From NCBI GenBank assembly GCA_009914755.4, contig CP086569.2, positions 21,184,001-21,248,000 of the forward strand: a stretch of 64,000 nt of DNA, read 5' to 3'. The DNA is from the human T2T-CHM13v2.0 reference genome, Homo sapiens. This document shows, in pieces, positions 1 through 12,539 of this stretch. A program made the position numbers and the translations under genes. The notes under the pieces were generated by a model. It was not told the origin of the DNA. It worked only from the letters and a program-made list of their open reading frames with translations, and did not search any database. Numbering within the stretch: the stretch's first letter is position 1; each line of letters starts with the position of its first letter.

Positions 1-3000
1 TACTGGTGAGTGTTACAGCACTTAAAGGTGTTATGTCCAGAGTTTGTTCCTTCAGATGTGTCCAGTGTTTCTTCCTTCTGGCAGGTTGATGGTCTTACTC
101 ACTTCACTAATGAAGCTGCAGACCTTACTGGTGAGTGTTACAGCCCTTAAAGGTGTTATGTCCAGAGTTTGTTCCTTCAGATGTGTCCAGGGTTTCTGTC
201 TTCTCGAAGGTACATGGTCTTCCTCACTTCAAGAATGAAGCTGCCGAACTTAGTGGTGAGTGTTACAGCACTTAAAGGTGTTATGTCCAGAGTTTTTTCC
301 TTCAGATGTGTCCAGCGTTTCTTCCTTCTGACAGGTTCATCGTCTTGCTCACTTCAAGAATGAAGCTGCAGACCTTACTGTTGATTGTTAAAGCACTTAA
401 AGGTGTTATGTCCAGAGTTTGTTCCATCAGATGTGTCCAGAGTTTCTTCCTTCTGGCAGGTTCATGGTGTTGCTCACTTCAAGAATGAAGCTGCAGACCT
501 TAGTGTTGAGTGTTACAGCACTTAAAGGTGTTATGTCCAGAGTTTGTTCCTTGAGATGTGTCCAGAGTTTCTTCCTTCTTGCAGGTTCGTGGTCTTGCTC
601 ACTTCCTTAATGAAGCTGCAGACCTTACTGGTGAGTGTTACAGCACTTAAAGGTGGTATGTCCAGAGTTTGTTCCTTCAGATGTGTCCAGTGTTTCTTCC
701 TTCTGGCTGTTTCATGGTTTGCTCACTTCAAGAATGAAGCTGCAGACTTTTGTGGTGAGTGTTACAGCAGTTAAAGTTGTTATGTCCAGAATTTGTTCCT
801 TAAGATGTGTCCAGGGTTTCTTCCTTCTGGCAGGTTCATGGTCTTGCTCACTTCAAGAATGAAGCTGCAGTCCTTACTGGTGAGTGTTACAGCACTTAAA
901 GCTGTTATGTCCAGAGTTTGATCCTTCAGATGTTGCCAGAGTTTCTTCCTTCTAGCAGTTTCGTGGTCTTGCTCTCTTCTTTAATGAAGCTGCAGACCTT
1001 ACTGGTGAGTGCTACAACACTTAAAGGTGTTATGTCCAGAGCTTGTTTCTTCAGATGTGTCCAGAGTTTCTTCCTTCTGTCAGTTTCGTGGTCTTCCTCA
1101 CTTCAACAATGAAACTGCAGACCTTACTGGTGAGTGTTACAGCACTTAAAGGTGTTATGTCCAGAGTTTGTTCCTTCAGATGTGTCCAGAGTGTCTTCTT
1201 TCTGGCAGGTTCATGGTCTTGCTCACTTCACCAATGAAGCTGCAGACCTTACTGGGGAGTGTTACAGCACTTAAAGGTGTTTTGTCCAGTGTTTGTTCCT
1301 TCAGATGTGTCCAGAGTTTCTTCCTTCTAGCAGGTTCATTGTCTTGCTCATTTCAAGAATTAAGCTGCAGACCTTAGTGGTAAGTGTTACAGCACGTAAA
1401 GGTGTTATGTCCAGAGTTTTTTCCTTCAGATGTGTCCAGAGTTTCTTCCTTCTGGCAGGTTCATAGTGTTGCTCACTTCAAGAATGAAGCTGCAGACCTT
1501 ACTGGTGAGTGTTACAGCACTTAAAGCTGTTATGTCCAGAGTTTGTTCCTTCAGATATTTCCAGAGTTTCTTCCTTCTGGCAGGTTCGTGGTCTTGCTCA
1601 CTTCTTTAATGAAGCTGCAGACCTTACTGGTGAGTGTTACAGCACTTAAATGTGTTATGTCCAGAGTTTGTTTCTTCAGATGTGTCCAGAGTTTCTTCCT
1701 TCTAGCAGTTTCGTGGTCTTCCTCACTTCAAGAATGAAGCTGCAGACCTTAATGGTGAGTGTTACAGCACTTAAAGTTGTTATGTCCAGAGTTTGTTCCT
1801 TCAGATGTGTCCAGAGTGTCTTCCTTCTGGCAGGTTCATGGTCTTGCTCACGTCAGTAATGAAGCTGCAGACCTTACTGTTGAGTGTTACAGCACTTAAA
1901 GGTGTTATGTCCAGAGTTTGTTCCTTCAGATGTGTCCAGGGTTTCTGTCTTCTGGCAGATTCATGGTCTTGCTCACTTCAAGAATGAAGTTGCAGACCTT
2001 AGTGGTGAGTGTTACAGCACTTAAAGGTGTTATGTCCAGAGTTTTTTCCTTCAGATGTGTCCAGCGTTTCTTCCTTCTGGCAGGTTCATGGTCTTGCTCA
2101 CTTCAAGAATGACGCTGCAGACCTTACTGTTGAGTGTTAAAGCACTTAAAGGTGTTATCTCCAGAGATTGTTCCTTCAGATGTGGCCAGAGTTTCTTCCT
2201 TCTGGCAGGTTCATGGTGTTGCTCACTTCAACAATGAAGCTGCAGACCTTAGTGTTGAGTGTTACAGCAGTTAAAGGTGTTATGTCCAGAGTTTGTTCCT
2301 TTAGATGTGTCCAGAGTTTCTTCCTTCTTGCGGGGTCGTGGTCTTGTTCACTTCATTAATGAAGCTGCAGACCTTACTGCTGAGTGTTACAGCACTTAAA
2401 GGTGTTATGTCCAGAGTTTGTTCCTTCAGATGTGTCCAGTGTTTCTTCCTTCTGGCAGGTTCATGGTGTTGCTCACTTCAAGAATGAAGCTGCAGACCTT
2501 ACTGGTGAGTGTTACAGCACACAAAGGTGTTATGTGCAGAGTTTGTTCCTTCAGATGTGTCCAGAGTTTCTTCCTTCTTGCAGGTTGGTGGTCTTGCTCA
2601 CTTCCTTAATGGAGCTGCAGACCTTACTGGTGAATGTTGCAGCACTTAAAGGTGTTATGTCCAGAGTTTGTTCCTTCAGATGTGTCCAGGGTTTCTGTCT
2701 TCTGGCAGGTACATGGTCTTGCTCACTTCAAGAATGAAGCTGCCGAACTTAGTGGTGAGTGTTACAGCACTTAAAGGTTTTATGTCCAGAGTTTTTTCCT
2801 TCAGATGTGTCCAGCGTTTCTTCCTTCTGGCAGGTTCATGGTCTTGCTCACTTCAAGAATGAAGCCGCAGACCTTACTGTTGAGTGTTAAAGCACTTAAA
2901 GGTGTTATGTCCAGAGTTTGTTCCTTCAGATGTGTCCAGAGTTTCTTCCTTCTGGCAGGTTCATGGTGTTGCTCACTTCAAGAATGAAGCTGCAGACCTT

Positions 3001-4540
3001 AGTGTTGAGTGTTACAGCACTAAAAGGTGTTTTGTCCAGAGTTTGTTCCTTGAGATGTGTCCAGATTTTCTTCCTTCTAGCAGGTTCATTCTCTGGCTCA
3101 TTTCAAGAATGAAGCTGCAGACCTTAGTGGTGAGTGTTACAACAGTTAAAGGTGTTATGTCCAGAGTTTTTTCCTTCAGATGTGTCCAGAGTGTCTTCCT
3201 TCTGGCAGGTTCATGGTCTTGCTCACTTAACTAATGAAGCTGCAGACCTTACTGGTGAGTGTTACAGCACTTAAAGTTGTTATGTCCAGAGTTTGTTCCT
3301 TCAGTTGTGTCCAGAGTTTCTGTCTTCTGGCAGGTTCATGGTCTTGCTCACTTCAAGAATGAAGCTGCAGTCCTTAGTGGTGAGTGTTACAGCACTTAAA
3401 GGTGTTATGTCCAGAGATTTTTCCTTCAGATTTGTCCAGCGTTTCTTCCTTCTGGCACGTTCATGGTCTTGCTCACTTCAAGAATGAAGCTGCAGACCTT
3501 ACTGTTGAGTGTTAAGGCACTTAAAGGTGTTATTTCCAGAGTTTGTTCCTTCAGACGTGTCCAGAGTTTCTTCCTTCTGGCAGGTTCATGGTGTTGCTCA
3601 CTTCCAGAATGAAGCTGCAGACCTTAGTGTTGAGTGTTACAACACTTAAAGGTGTTATGTCCAGAGTTTTTTCCTTCAGATATGTCCAGCGTTTCTTCAT
3701 TCTGGCAGGTTCACGGTCTTGCACACTTCAAGAATGACGCTGCAGACCTTACTGTTGAGTTTTAAAGCACTTAAAGGTGTTATGTCCAGAGTTTGTTCCC
3801 TCAGATGTGTCAGAGTTTCTTCCTTCTGGCAGGTTCATGGTGTTGCTCACTTCAAGAATGAAGCTGCAGAACTTAGTGTTGAGTTTTACAGCACTTAAAG
3901 GTGTTATGTCCAGAGTTGTTCCTTCAGATGTGTCCAGAGTTTCTTCCTTCTTGCAGGTTCGTGGTCTTGCTCACTTCCTTAATGAAGCTGCAGACCTTCC
4001 TGGTGAGTGTTACAGCACTTAAAGGTGTTATGTCCAGAGTTTGTTCCTTCAGATATGTCCAGTGTTTCTTCCTTCTGGCAGGATCATGGTCTTGCTCACT
4101 TCACTAATGAAGCTGCAGACCTTACTGGTGAGTGTTACAGCAGTTAAAGGTGTTATGTCCAGAGTTTGTTCCTTCAGATGTGTCCAGGTTTTCTGTCTTC
4201 TGGCAGGTTCATGGTCTTGCTCACTTCAAGAATGAAGCTGCAGACCTTACTGGTGTGTGTTACAGCACTTAAAGCTGTTATGTCCAGAGTTTGATCCTTC
4301 AGATGTTGCCAGAGTTTCTTCCTTCTAGCAGGTTCGTGGTCTTGCTCACTTCTTTAATGAAGCTGCAGACCTTACTGGTGAGTGTTACAGCACTTAAAGG
4401 TGTTATGTCCTGAGTTTGTTTCTTCAGATGTGTCCAGAGTTTCTTCCTTCTGGCAGTTTCGTGGTCTCCCTCACTTCAACAATGAAGCTGCAGACCTTAC
4501 TGGTGAGTGTTACAGCACTTAAAGGTGTTATGTCCAGAGT

Positions 4541-7500
4541 TTGTTCCTTCAGATGTGTCCAGAGTGTCTTCCTTCTGGCAGGTTCATGGTCTTGCTCACT
4601 TCACTAAAGAAGCTGCAGACCTTACTGTGGAGTGTTACAGCACTTAAAGGTGTTTTGTCCAGAGTTTGTTTCTTCAGATGTGTCCAGAGATTCTTCCTTC
4701 TAGCAGGTTCATTCTCTTGCTCATTTCAAGAATTAAGCTGCAGACATTAGTGGTGAGTGTTACAGCACGTAAAGGTGTTATGTCCAGAGTTTGTTCCTTC
4801 AGATGTGTCCAGAGTTTCTTCCTTCTGACAGGTTCATGGTGTTGTTCACTTCAAGAATGAAGCTGCAGACCTTACTGGTGAGTGTTACAGCACTTAAAGC
4901 TGTTATGTCCAGAGTTTGTTCCTTCAGATGTTTCCAGAGTTTCTTCCTTCTGGCAGGTTCGTGGTCTTGCTCACTTCTTTAATGAAGCTGCAGACCTTAC
5001 TGGTGAGTGTTACAGCACTTAAAGATGTTATGTCCAGAGTTTGTTTCTTCAGATGTGTCCAGAGTTTCTTCCTTCTTGCAGTTTCGTGGTCTTGCTCACT
5101 TCCTTAATGAAGCTGCAGACCTTCCTGGTGAGTGTTACAGCACTTAAAGGTGTTATGTCCAGAGTTTGATCCTTCAGATGTTTCCAGAGTTTCTTCCTTC
5201 TGGCAGGTTCGTGGTCTTGCTCACTTCTTTAATGAAGCTGCAGACCTTACTGGTGAGTGTTACATCACTTAAAGGTGTTATGTCCAGAGATTGTTTCTTC
5301 AGATGTGTCCAGAGTTTCTTCCTTCTGGCATTTTCGTGGTCTTCCTCACTTCAAGAATGAAGCTGCAGACCTTAGTGTTGAGTGTTACACCACTTAAAAG
5401 TGTTATGTCCAGAGTTTGTTCCTTCAGATGTGTCCAGAGTGTCTTCCTTCTGGCAGGTTCATGGTCTTGCTCACTTCACTAATGAAGCTGCAGACCTTAC
5501 TGGGGAGTGTTACAGCACTTAAAGGTGTTTTGTCCAGAGTTTCTTCCTTCAGATGTGTCCAGAGTTTCTTCCTTCTAGCAGGTTCATTATCTTGCTCATT
5601 TCAAGAATTAAGCTGCAGACCTTAGTGGTGACTGTTACAGCACTTATAGGTGTTATGTCCAGAATTTGTTCCTTCAGATGTGTCCAGAGTTTCTTCCTTC
5701 TGGCAGGTTCATGGTGTTGCTCAATTCAAGAATGAAGCTGCAGACCATACTGGTGAGTGTTACAGCACTTAAAGCTGTTATGTCCAGAGTTTGTTCCTTC
5801 AGATGTTTCCAGAGTTTCTTCTTTCTGGCAGGTTCGTGGTCTTGCTCACTTCTTTAATGAAGCTGCAGACTTTACTGGTGAGTGTTACAGCACTTAAAGG
5901 TGTGATGTCCAGAGTTTGTTTCTTCAGATGTGTCCAGAGTATCTTCCTTCTGGCAGTTTCGTGGTCTTCCTCACTTCAAGAATGAAGCTGCAGACCTTAA
6001 TGGTGAGTGTTACAGCACTTAAAGTTGTTATGTCCAGAGTTTGTTCCTTCAGATGTGTGCAGAGTGTCTTCATTCTGGCAGGTTCATGGTCTTGTTCACT
6101 TCGCTAATGAAGCTGCAGACCTTACTGGTGAGTCTTACAGTACTTAAAGGTATTATGTCCAGAGTTTCTTCCTTCAGATGTGTCCAGGGTTTCTGTCTTC
6201 TGGCAGTTTCATGGTCTTGCTCACTTCAAGAATGAAGCTGCAGACCTTAGTGGTGAGTGTTACAGCACTTAAAGGTGTTATGTCCAGAGTTTTTTCCTTC
6301 AGATGTGTCCAGCGTTTCTTCCTTCTGGGAGGTTCATGGTCTTGCTCACTTCAAGAATGAAGCTGCAGACCTTACTGTTGAGTGTTAAAGGACTTAAAGG
6401 TGTTATGTCCAGAGTTTGTTCCTTCAGATGTGTCCAGAGTGTCTTCCTTCTGGCAGGTTCATGGTCTTGCTCACTTCACTAAAGAAGCTGCAGACCTCAC
6501 TGTGGAGTGTTACAGCACTTAAAGGTGTTTTGTCCAGAGTTTGTTTCTTCAGATGTGTCCAGAGATTCTTCCTTCTAGCAGGTTCATTCTCTTGCTCATT
6601 TCAAGAATTAAGCTGCAGACCTTAGTGGTGAGTGTTACAGCACGTAAAGGTGTTATGTCCAGAGTTTGTTCCTTCAGATGTGTCCAGAGTTTCTTCCTTC
6701 TGACAGGTTCATGGTGTTGCTCACTTCAAGAATGAAGCTGCAGACCTTACTGGTGAGTGTTACAGCACTTAAAGCTGTTATGTCCAGAGTTTGTTCCTTC
6801 AGATGTTTCCAGAGTTTCTTCCTTCTGGCAGGTTCGTGGTCTTGCTCACTTCTTTAATGAAGCTGCAGACCTTACTGGTGAGTGTTACAGCACTTAAAGA
6901 TGTTATGTCCAGAGTTTGTTTCTTCAGATGTGTCCAGAGTTTCTTCCTTCTTGCAGTTTCGTGGTCTTGCTCACTTCCTTAATGAAGCTGCAGACCTTCC
7001 TGGTGAGTGTTACAGCACTTAAAGGTGTTATGTCCAGAGTTTGATCCTTCAGATGTTTCCAGAGTTTCTTCCTTCTGGCAGGTTCGTGGTCTTGCTCACT
7101 TCTTTAATGAAGCTGCAGACCTTACTGGTGAGTGTTACATCACTTAAAGGTGTTATGTCCAGAGATTGTTTCTTCAGATGTGTCCAGAGTTTCTTCCTTC
7201 TGGCATTTTCGTGGTCTTCCTCACTTCAAGAATGAAGCTGCAGACCTTATTGTTGAGTGTTACACCACTTAAAAGTGTTATGTCCAGAGTTTGTTCCTTC
7301 AGATGTGTCCAGAGTGTCTTCCTTCTGGCAGGTTCATGGTCTTGCTCACTTCACTAATGAAGCTGCAGACCTTACTGGGGAGTGTTACAGCACTTAAAGG
7401 TGTTTTGTCCAGAGTTTCTTCCTTCAGATGTGTCCAGAGTTTCTTCCTTCTAGCAGGTTCATTATCTTGCTCATTTCAAGAATTAAGCTGCAGACCTTAG

Positions 7501-7825
7501 TGGTGACTGTTACAGCACTTATAGGTGTTATGTCCAGAATTTGTTCCTTCAGATGTGTCCAGAGTTTCTTCCTTCTGGCAGGTTCATGGTGTTGCTCAAT
7601 TCAAGAATGAAGCTGCAGACCATACTGGTGAGTGTTACAGCACTTAAAGCTGTTATGTCCAGAGTTTGTTCCTTCAGATGTTTCCAGAGTTTCTTCTTTC
7701 TGGCAGGTTCGTGGTCTTGCTCACTTCTTTAATGAAGCTGCAGACCTTACTGGTGAGTGTTACAGCACTTAAAGGTGTGATGTCCAGAGTTTGTTTCTTC
7801 AGATGTGTCCAGAGTATCTTCCTTC
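4541..7825. repeat. Two tandem copies of a 15-monomer (1875-bp) higher-order repeat unit inside the satellite.
   Basis: Blocks 4541-5950 and 6416-7825 are near-identical at the DNA level. ORF pairs 4541/6416, 4666/6541, 4791/6666, 4916/6791, 5166/7041, 5291/7166, 5416/7291, 5553/7428, 5666/7541 and 5791/7666 give identical or near-identical peptides with a constant offset of 1875. Confidence 0.8.
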
Positions 7826-10800
7826 TGGCAGGTTCATGGTCTCCCTCACTTCAAGAATGAAGCTGCCGACCTTAGTGCTGAGTGTTACAGCACGTGAAGG
7901 TGTTATGTCCAGAGTTCTTTCCTTCAGATGTGTCCAGCGTTTCTTCCTTCTGGCAGGTTCATGGTCTTCCTCACTTCAAGAAGGAAGCTGCAGACCTTAC
8001 TGGTGAGTGTTACAGCAATTAAAGTTGTTATATCCAGAGTTTGTTCCTTCAGATGTTTCCAGAGTTTCTTCCTTCTGGCAGGTTCGTGGTCTTGCTCACT
8101 TCTTTAATGCAGCTGCAGACCTTACTGGTGAGTGTTACAGCACTTAAATGTGTTATGTCCAGAGTTTGTTTCTTCAGAGTTGTCCAGAGTTTCTTCCTTC
8201 TGGCAGTTTCGTGGTCTTCCTCACTTCAAGAATGAAGCTGCAGACCTTACTGGTGAGTGTTACAGCACTTAAAGGTGTTATGTCCAGACATTTTTCCGTC
8301 AGATGTGTCCAGGGTTTCTGTCTTCTGGCAGGTTCATGGTCTTGCTCACTTCAAGAATGAAGCTGCAGACTTTAGTGGTGAGTGTTACAGCACTTAAAGG
8401 TGTTATGTCCAGAGTTTTTTCCTTCAGATGTGTCCAGCGTTTCTTCCTTCTGGCAGGTTCATGGTCTTGCTCACTTCAAGAATGAAGCTGCAGACCTTAC
8501 TGTTGAGTGTTAAAGCACTTAAAGGTGTTATATCCAGAGTTTGTTCCTTCAGATGTGTCCAGAGTTTCTTCCTTCTGGCAGGTTCATGGTGTTGCTCACT
8601 TCAACAATGAAGCTGCAGACCTTAGTGTTGAGTGTTACAACACTTAAAAGTGTTATGTCCAGAGTTTGTTCCTTCAGATGTGTCCAGAGTTTTTTCCTTC
8701 CGGCAGGTTCGTGGTCTTGCTCACTTCCTTAATGAAGCTGCAGACCTTACTGGTGAGTGTTACAGCACTTAAAGGTGTTATGTCCAGAGTTTGTTCCTTC
8801 AGATGTGTCCAGTGTTTCTTCCTTCTGGCAGGTTCATGGTGTTGCTTACTTTAAGAATGAAGCTGCAGACCTTAATGGTGAGTGTTACAGCACTTGAAGG
8901 TGTTATGTGCAGAGTTTTTTCCTTCAGATGTGTCCAGAGTTTCTTCCTTCTTGCAGGTTCGTGGTCTTGCTCACTTCCTTAATGAAGCTGCAGACCTTAA
9001 TGGTGACTGTTACAGCACTTAAAGGTGTTATGTCCAGAGTTTTTTTCCTTCAGATGTGTCCTGAGTGTCTTCCTTCTGGCAGGTTCATGGTCTTGCTCAC
9101 TTCACTAATGAAGCTGCAGACCTTACTGGTGAGTTTTACAGCACTTAAAGGTGTTATGTCCAGAGTTTGTTCCTCCAGATGTGTCCAGGGTTTCTGTCTT
9201 CTGGCAGGTACATTGTCTTGCTCACTTCAAGAATGAAGCTGCCGAACTTAGTGGTGATTGTTACAGTATTTAAAGGTGTTATGTCCAGAGTTTTTTCCTT
9301 CAGATGTGTCCAGCGTTTCTTCCTTCTGGCAGGTTCATGGTCTTCCTCACTTGAAGAATGAAGCTGCAGACCATACTCTTTAGTGTTAAAGCACTTCAAG
9401 GTGTTATGTCCAGAGTTTGTTCCTTCAGATGTGTCCAGAGTTTCTTCCTTCTGGCATGTTCATGGTGTTGCTCACTTCAAGAATGAAGCTGCAGACCTTA
9501 GTGTTGAGTGTTACAGCACTTAAAGGTGTTATGTCCAGTGTTTGTTCCTTCAGATGTGTCCAGAGTTTCTTCCTTCTTGCAGGTTCGTGGTCTTGCTCAC
9601 TTCCTTAATGAAGCTGCAGACCTTACTGGTGAGTGTTACAGCACTTATAGGTGTTATGTCCAGAGTTTGTTCCTTCAGATGTGTCCAGTGTTTCTTCCTT
9701 CTGGCAGGTTCATGGTCTTGCTCACTTCAAGAATGAAGCTGCAGACTTTTGTGGTGAGTGTTACAGCATTTAAAGTTGTTATGTCCACAATTTGTTCCTT
9801 CAGATGTGTCCAGTGTTTCTTCCTTCTGGCAGGTTGATTGTCTTGCTCACTTCAAGAATGAAGCTGCAGACCTTACTGGTGAGTGTTACAGTACTTAAAG
9901 CTGTTATGTCCAGAGTTTGATCCTTCAGATGTTTCCAGAGTTTCTTCCTTCTGGCAGGTTCGTGGTCTTCCTCACTTCAAGAATGAAGCTGCAGACCTTA
10001 GTGTTGAGTGTTACAGCACGTAAAGGTGTTATGTCCAGAGTTTGTTCCTTCAGATGTGTCCAGAGTTTCTTCCTTCTGGCAGGTTCATGGTGTTGCTCAC
10101 TTCAAGAATGAAGCTGCAGACCTTACTGGTGAGTGTTACAGCACTTAAAGCTGTTATGTCCAGAGTTTGTTCCTTCAGATGTTTCCAGAGTTTCTTCCTT
10201 CTGGCAGGTTCGTGGTCTTGCTCACTTCTTTAATGAAGCTGCAGACCTTACTGGTGAGTGTTACAGCACTTAAAGGTGTTATGTCCAGAGTTTGTTCCTT
10301 CAGATGTGTCCTGAGTGTCTTCCTTCTGGCAGGTTCATGGTCTTGCTCACTTCACTAATGAAGCTGCAGACATTACTGGTGAGTGTTACAGCACTTAAAG
10401 GTGTTAAGTCCAGAGTTTGTTCCTTCAGATGTGTCCAGGGTTTCTGTTTTCTGGCAGGTTCATGGTCTCCCTCACTTCAAGAATGAAGCTGCCGACCTTA
10501 GTGGTGAGTGTTACAGCACTTGAAGGTGTTATGTCCAGAGTTCTTTCCTTCAGATGTGTCCAGCGTTTCTTCCTTCTGGCAGGTTCATGGTCTTCCTCAC
10601 TTCAAGAATGAAGCTGCAGACCTTACTGGTGAGTGTTACAGCAATTAAAGTTGTTATATCCAGAGTTTGTTCCTTCAGATGTTTCCAGAGTTTCTTCCTT
10701 CTGGCAGGTTCGTGGTCTTGCTCACTTCTTTAATGCAGCTGCAGACCTTACTGGTGAGTGTTACAGCACTTAAATGTGTTATGTCCAGAGTTTGTTTCTT

Positions 10801-12530
10801 CAGAGGTGTCCAGAGTTTCTTCCTTCTGGCAGTTTCGTGGTCTTCCTCACTTCAAGAATGAAGCTGCAGACCTTACTGGTGAGTGTTACAGCACTTAAAG
10901 GTGTTATGTCCAGACATTTTTCCGTCAGATGTGTCCAGGGTTTCTGTCTTCTGGCAGGTTCATGGTCTTGCTCACTTCAAGAATGAAGCTGCAGACTTTA
11001 GTGGTGAGTGTTACAGCACTTAAAGGTGTTATGTCCAGAGTTTTTTCCTTCAGATGTGTCCAGCGTTTCTTCCTTCTGGCAGTTTCATGGTCTTGCTCAC
11101 TTCAAGAATGAAGCTGCAGACCTTACTGTTGAGTGTTAAAGCACTTAAAGGTGTTATGTCCAGAGTTTGTTCCTTCAGATGTGTCCAGAGTTTCTTCCTT
11201 CTGGCAGGTTCATGGTGTTGCTCACTTCAACAATGAAGCTGCAGACCTTAGTGTTGAGTGTTACAGCACTTAAAAGTGTTATGTCCAGAGTTTGTTCCTT
11301 CAGATGTGTCCAGAGTTTTTTCCTTCTGGCAGGTTCGTGGTCTTGCTCACTTCCTTAATGAAGCTGCAGACCTTACTGGTGAGTGTTACAGCACTTAAAG
11401 GTGTTATGTCCAGAGTTTGTTTCTTCAGATATATCCAGTGTTTCTTCCTTCTGGCAGGTTCATGGTGTTGCTCACTTTAAGAATGAAGCTGCTGACCTTA
11501 ATGGTGAGTGTTACAGCACTTGAAGGTGTTATGTGCAGAGTTTTTTCCTTCAGATGTGTCCAGAGTTTCTTCCTTCTTGCAGGTTCGTGGTCTTGCTCAC
11601 TTCCTTAATGAAGCTGCAGACCTTAATGGTGACTGTTACAGCACTTAAAGGTGTTATGTCCAGAGTTTTTTTCCTTCAGATGTGTCCTGAGTGTCTTCCT
11701 TCTGGCAGGTTCATGGTCTTGCTCACTTCACTAATGAAGCTGCAGACCTTACTGGTGAGTTTTACAGCACTTAAAGGTGTTATGTCCAGAGTTTGTTCCT
11801 CCAGATGTGTCCAGGGTTTCTGTCTTCTGGCAGGTACATGGTCTTGCTCACTTCAAGAATGAAGCTGCCGAACTTAGTGGTGATTGTTACAGTACTTAAA
11901 GGTGTTATGTCCAGAGTTTTTTCCTTCAGATGTGTCCAGCGTTTCTTCCTTCTGGCAGGTTCATAGTCTTGCTCACTTGAAGAATGAAGCTGCAGACCAT
12001 ACTCTTTAGTGTTAAAGCACTTCAAGGTGTTATGTCCAGAGTTTGTTCCTTCAGATGTGTCCAGAGTTTCTTCCTTCTGGCATGTTCATGGTGTTGCTCA
12101 CTTCAAGAATGAAGCTGCAGACCTTAGTGTTGAGTGTTACAGCACTTATAGGTGTTATGTCCAGTGTTTGTTCCTTCAGATGTGTCCAGAGTTTCTTCCT
12201 TCTTGCAGGTTCGTGGTCTTGCTCACTTCCTTAATGAAGCTGCAGACCTTACTGGTGAGTGTTACAGCACTTAAAGGTGTTATGTCCAGAGTTTGTTCCT
12301 TCAGATGTGTCCAGTGTTTCTTCCTTCTGGCAGGTTCATGGTCTTGCTCACTTCAAGAATGAAGCTGCAGACTTTTGTGGTGAGTGTTACAGCATTTAAA
12401 GTTGTTATGTCCACAATTTGTTCCTTCAGATGTGTCCAGGGTTTCTTCCTTCTGGCAGGTTCATGGTCTTGCTCACTTCAAGAATGAAGTTGCAGACCTT
12501 ACTGGTGACTGTTACAGTACTTAAAGCTGT
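7800..12530. repeat. Two copies of a 21-monomer (2626-bp) higher-order unit. The unit contains one 126-bp monomer.
   Basis: ORF pairs 8041/10667, 8148/10774, 8303/10929, 8428/11054, 8541/11167, 8666/11292, 8791/11417, 8907/11533, 9154(-)/11780(-), 9417/12043 and 9542/12168 all have offset 2626. A T7 run (9040-9046 and 11666-11672) replaces the usual T6, making one monomer 126 bp. Confidence 0.8.
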
Positions 12531-12539
12531 TATGTCCAG

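Noticed and set aside
9154-12025. Two 81-aa minus-strand ORFs (9154-9399 and 11780-12025; MKCFNTKEYGLQLHSSSE...), the only minus-strand ORFs in the array.
   Set aside because: They are exact HOR copies of each other (offset 2626). They arise only because one monomer variant happens to lack a stop on the minus strand. There is no coding signal.
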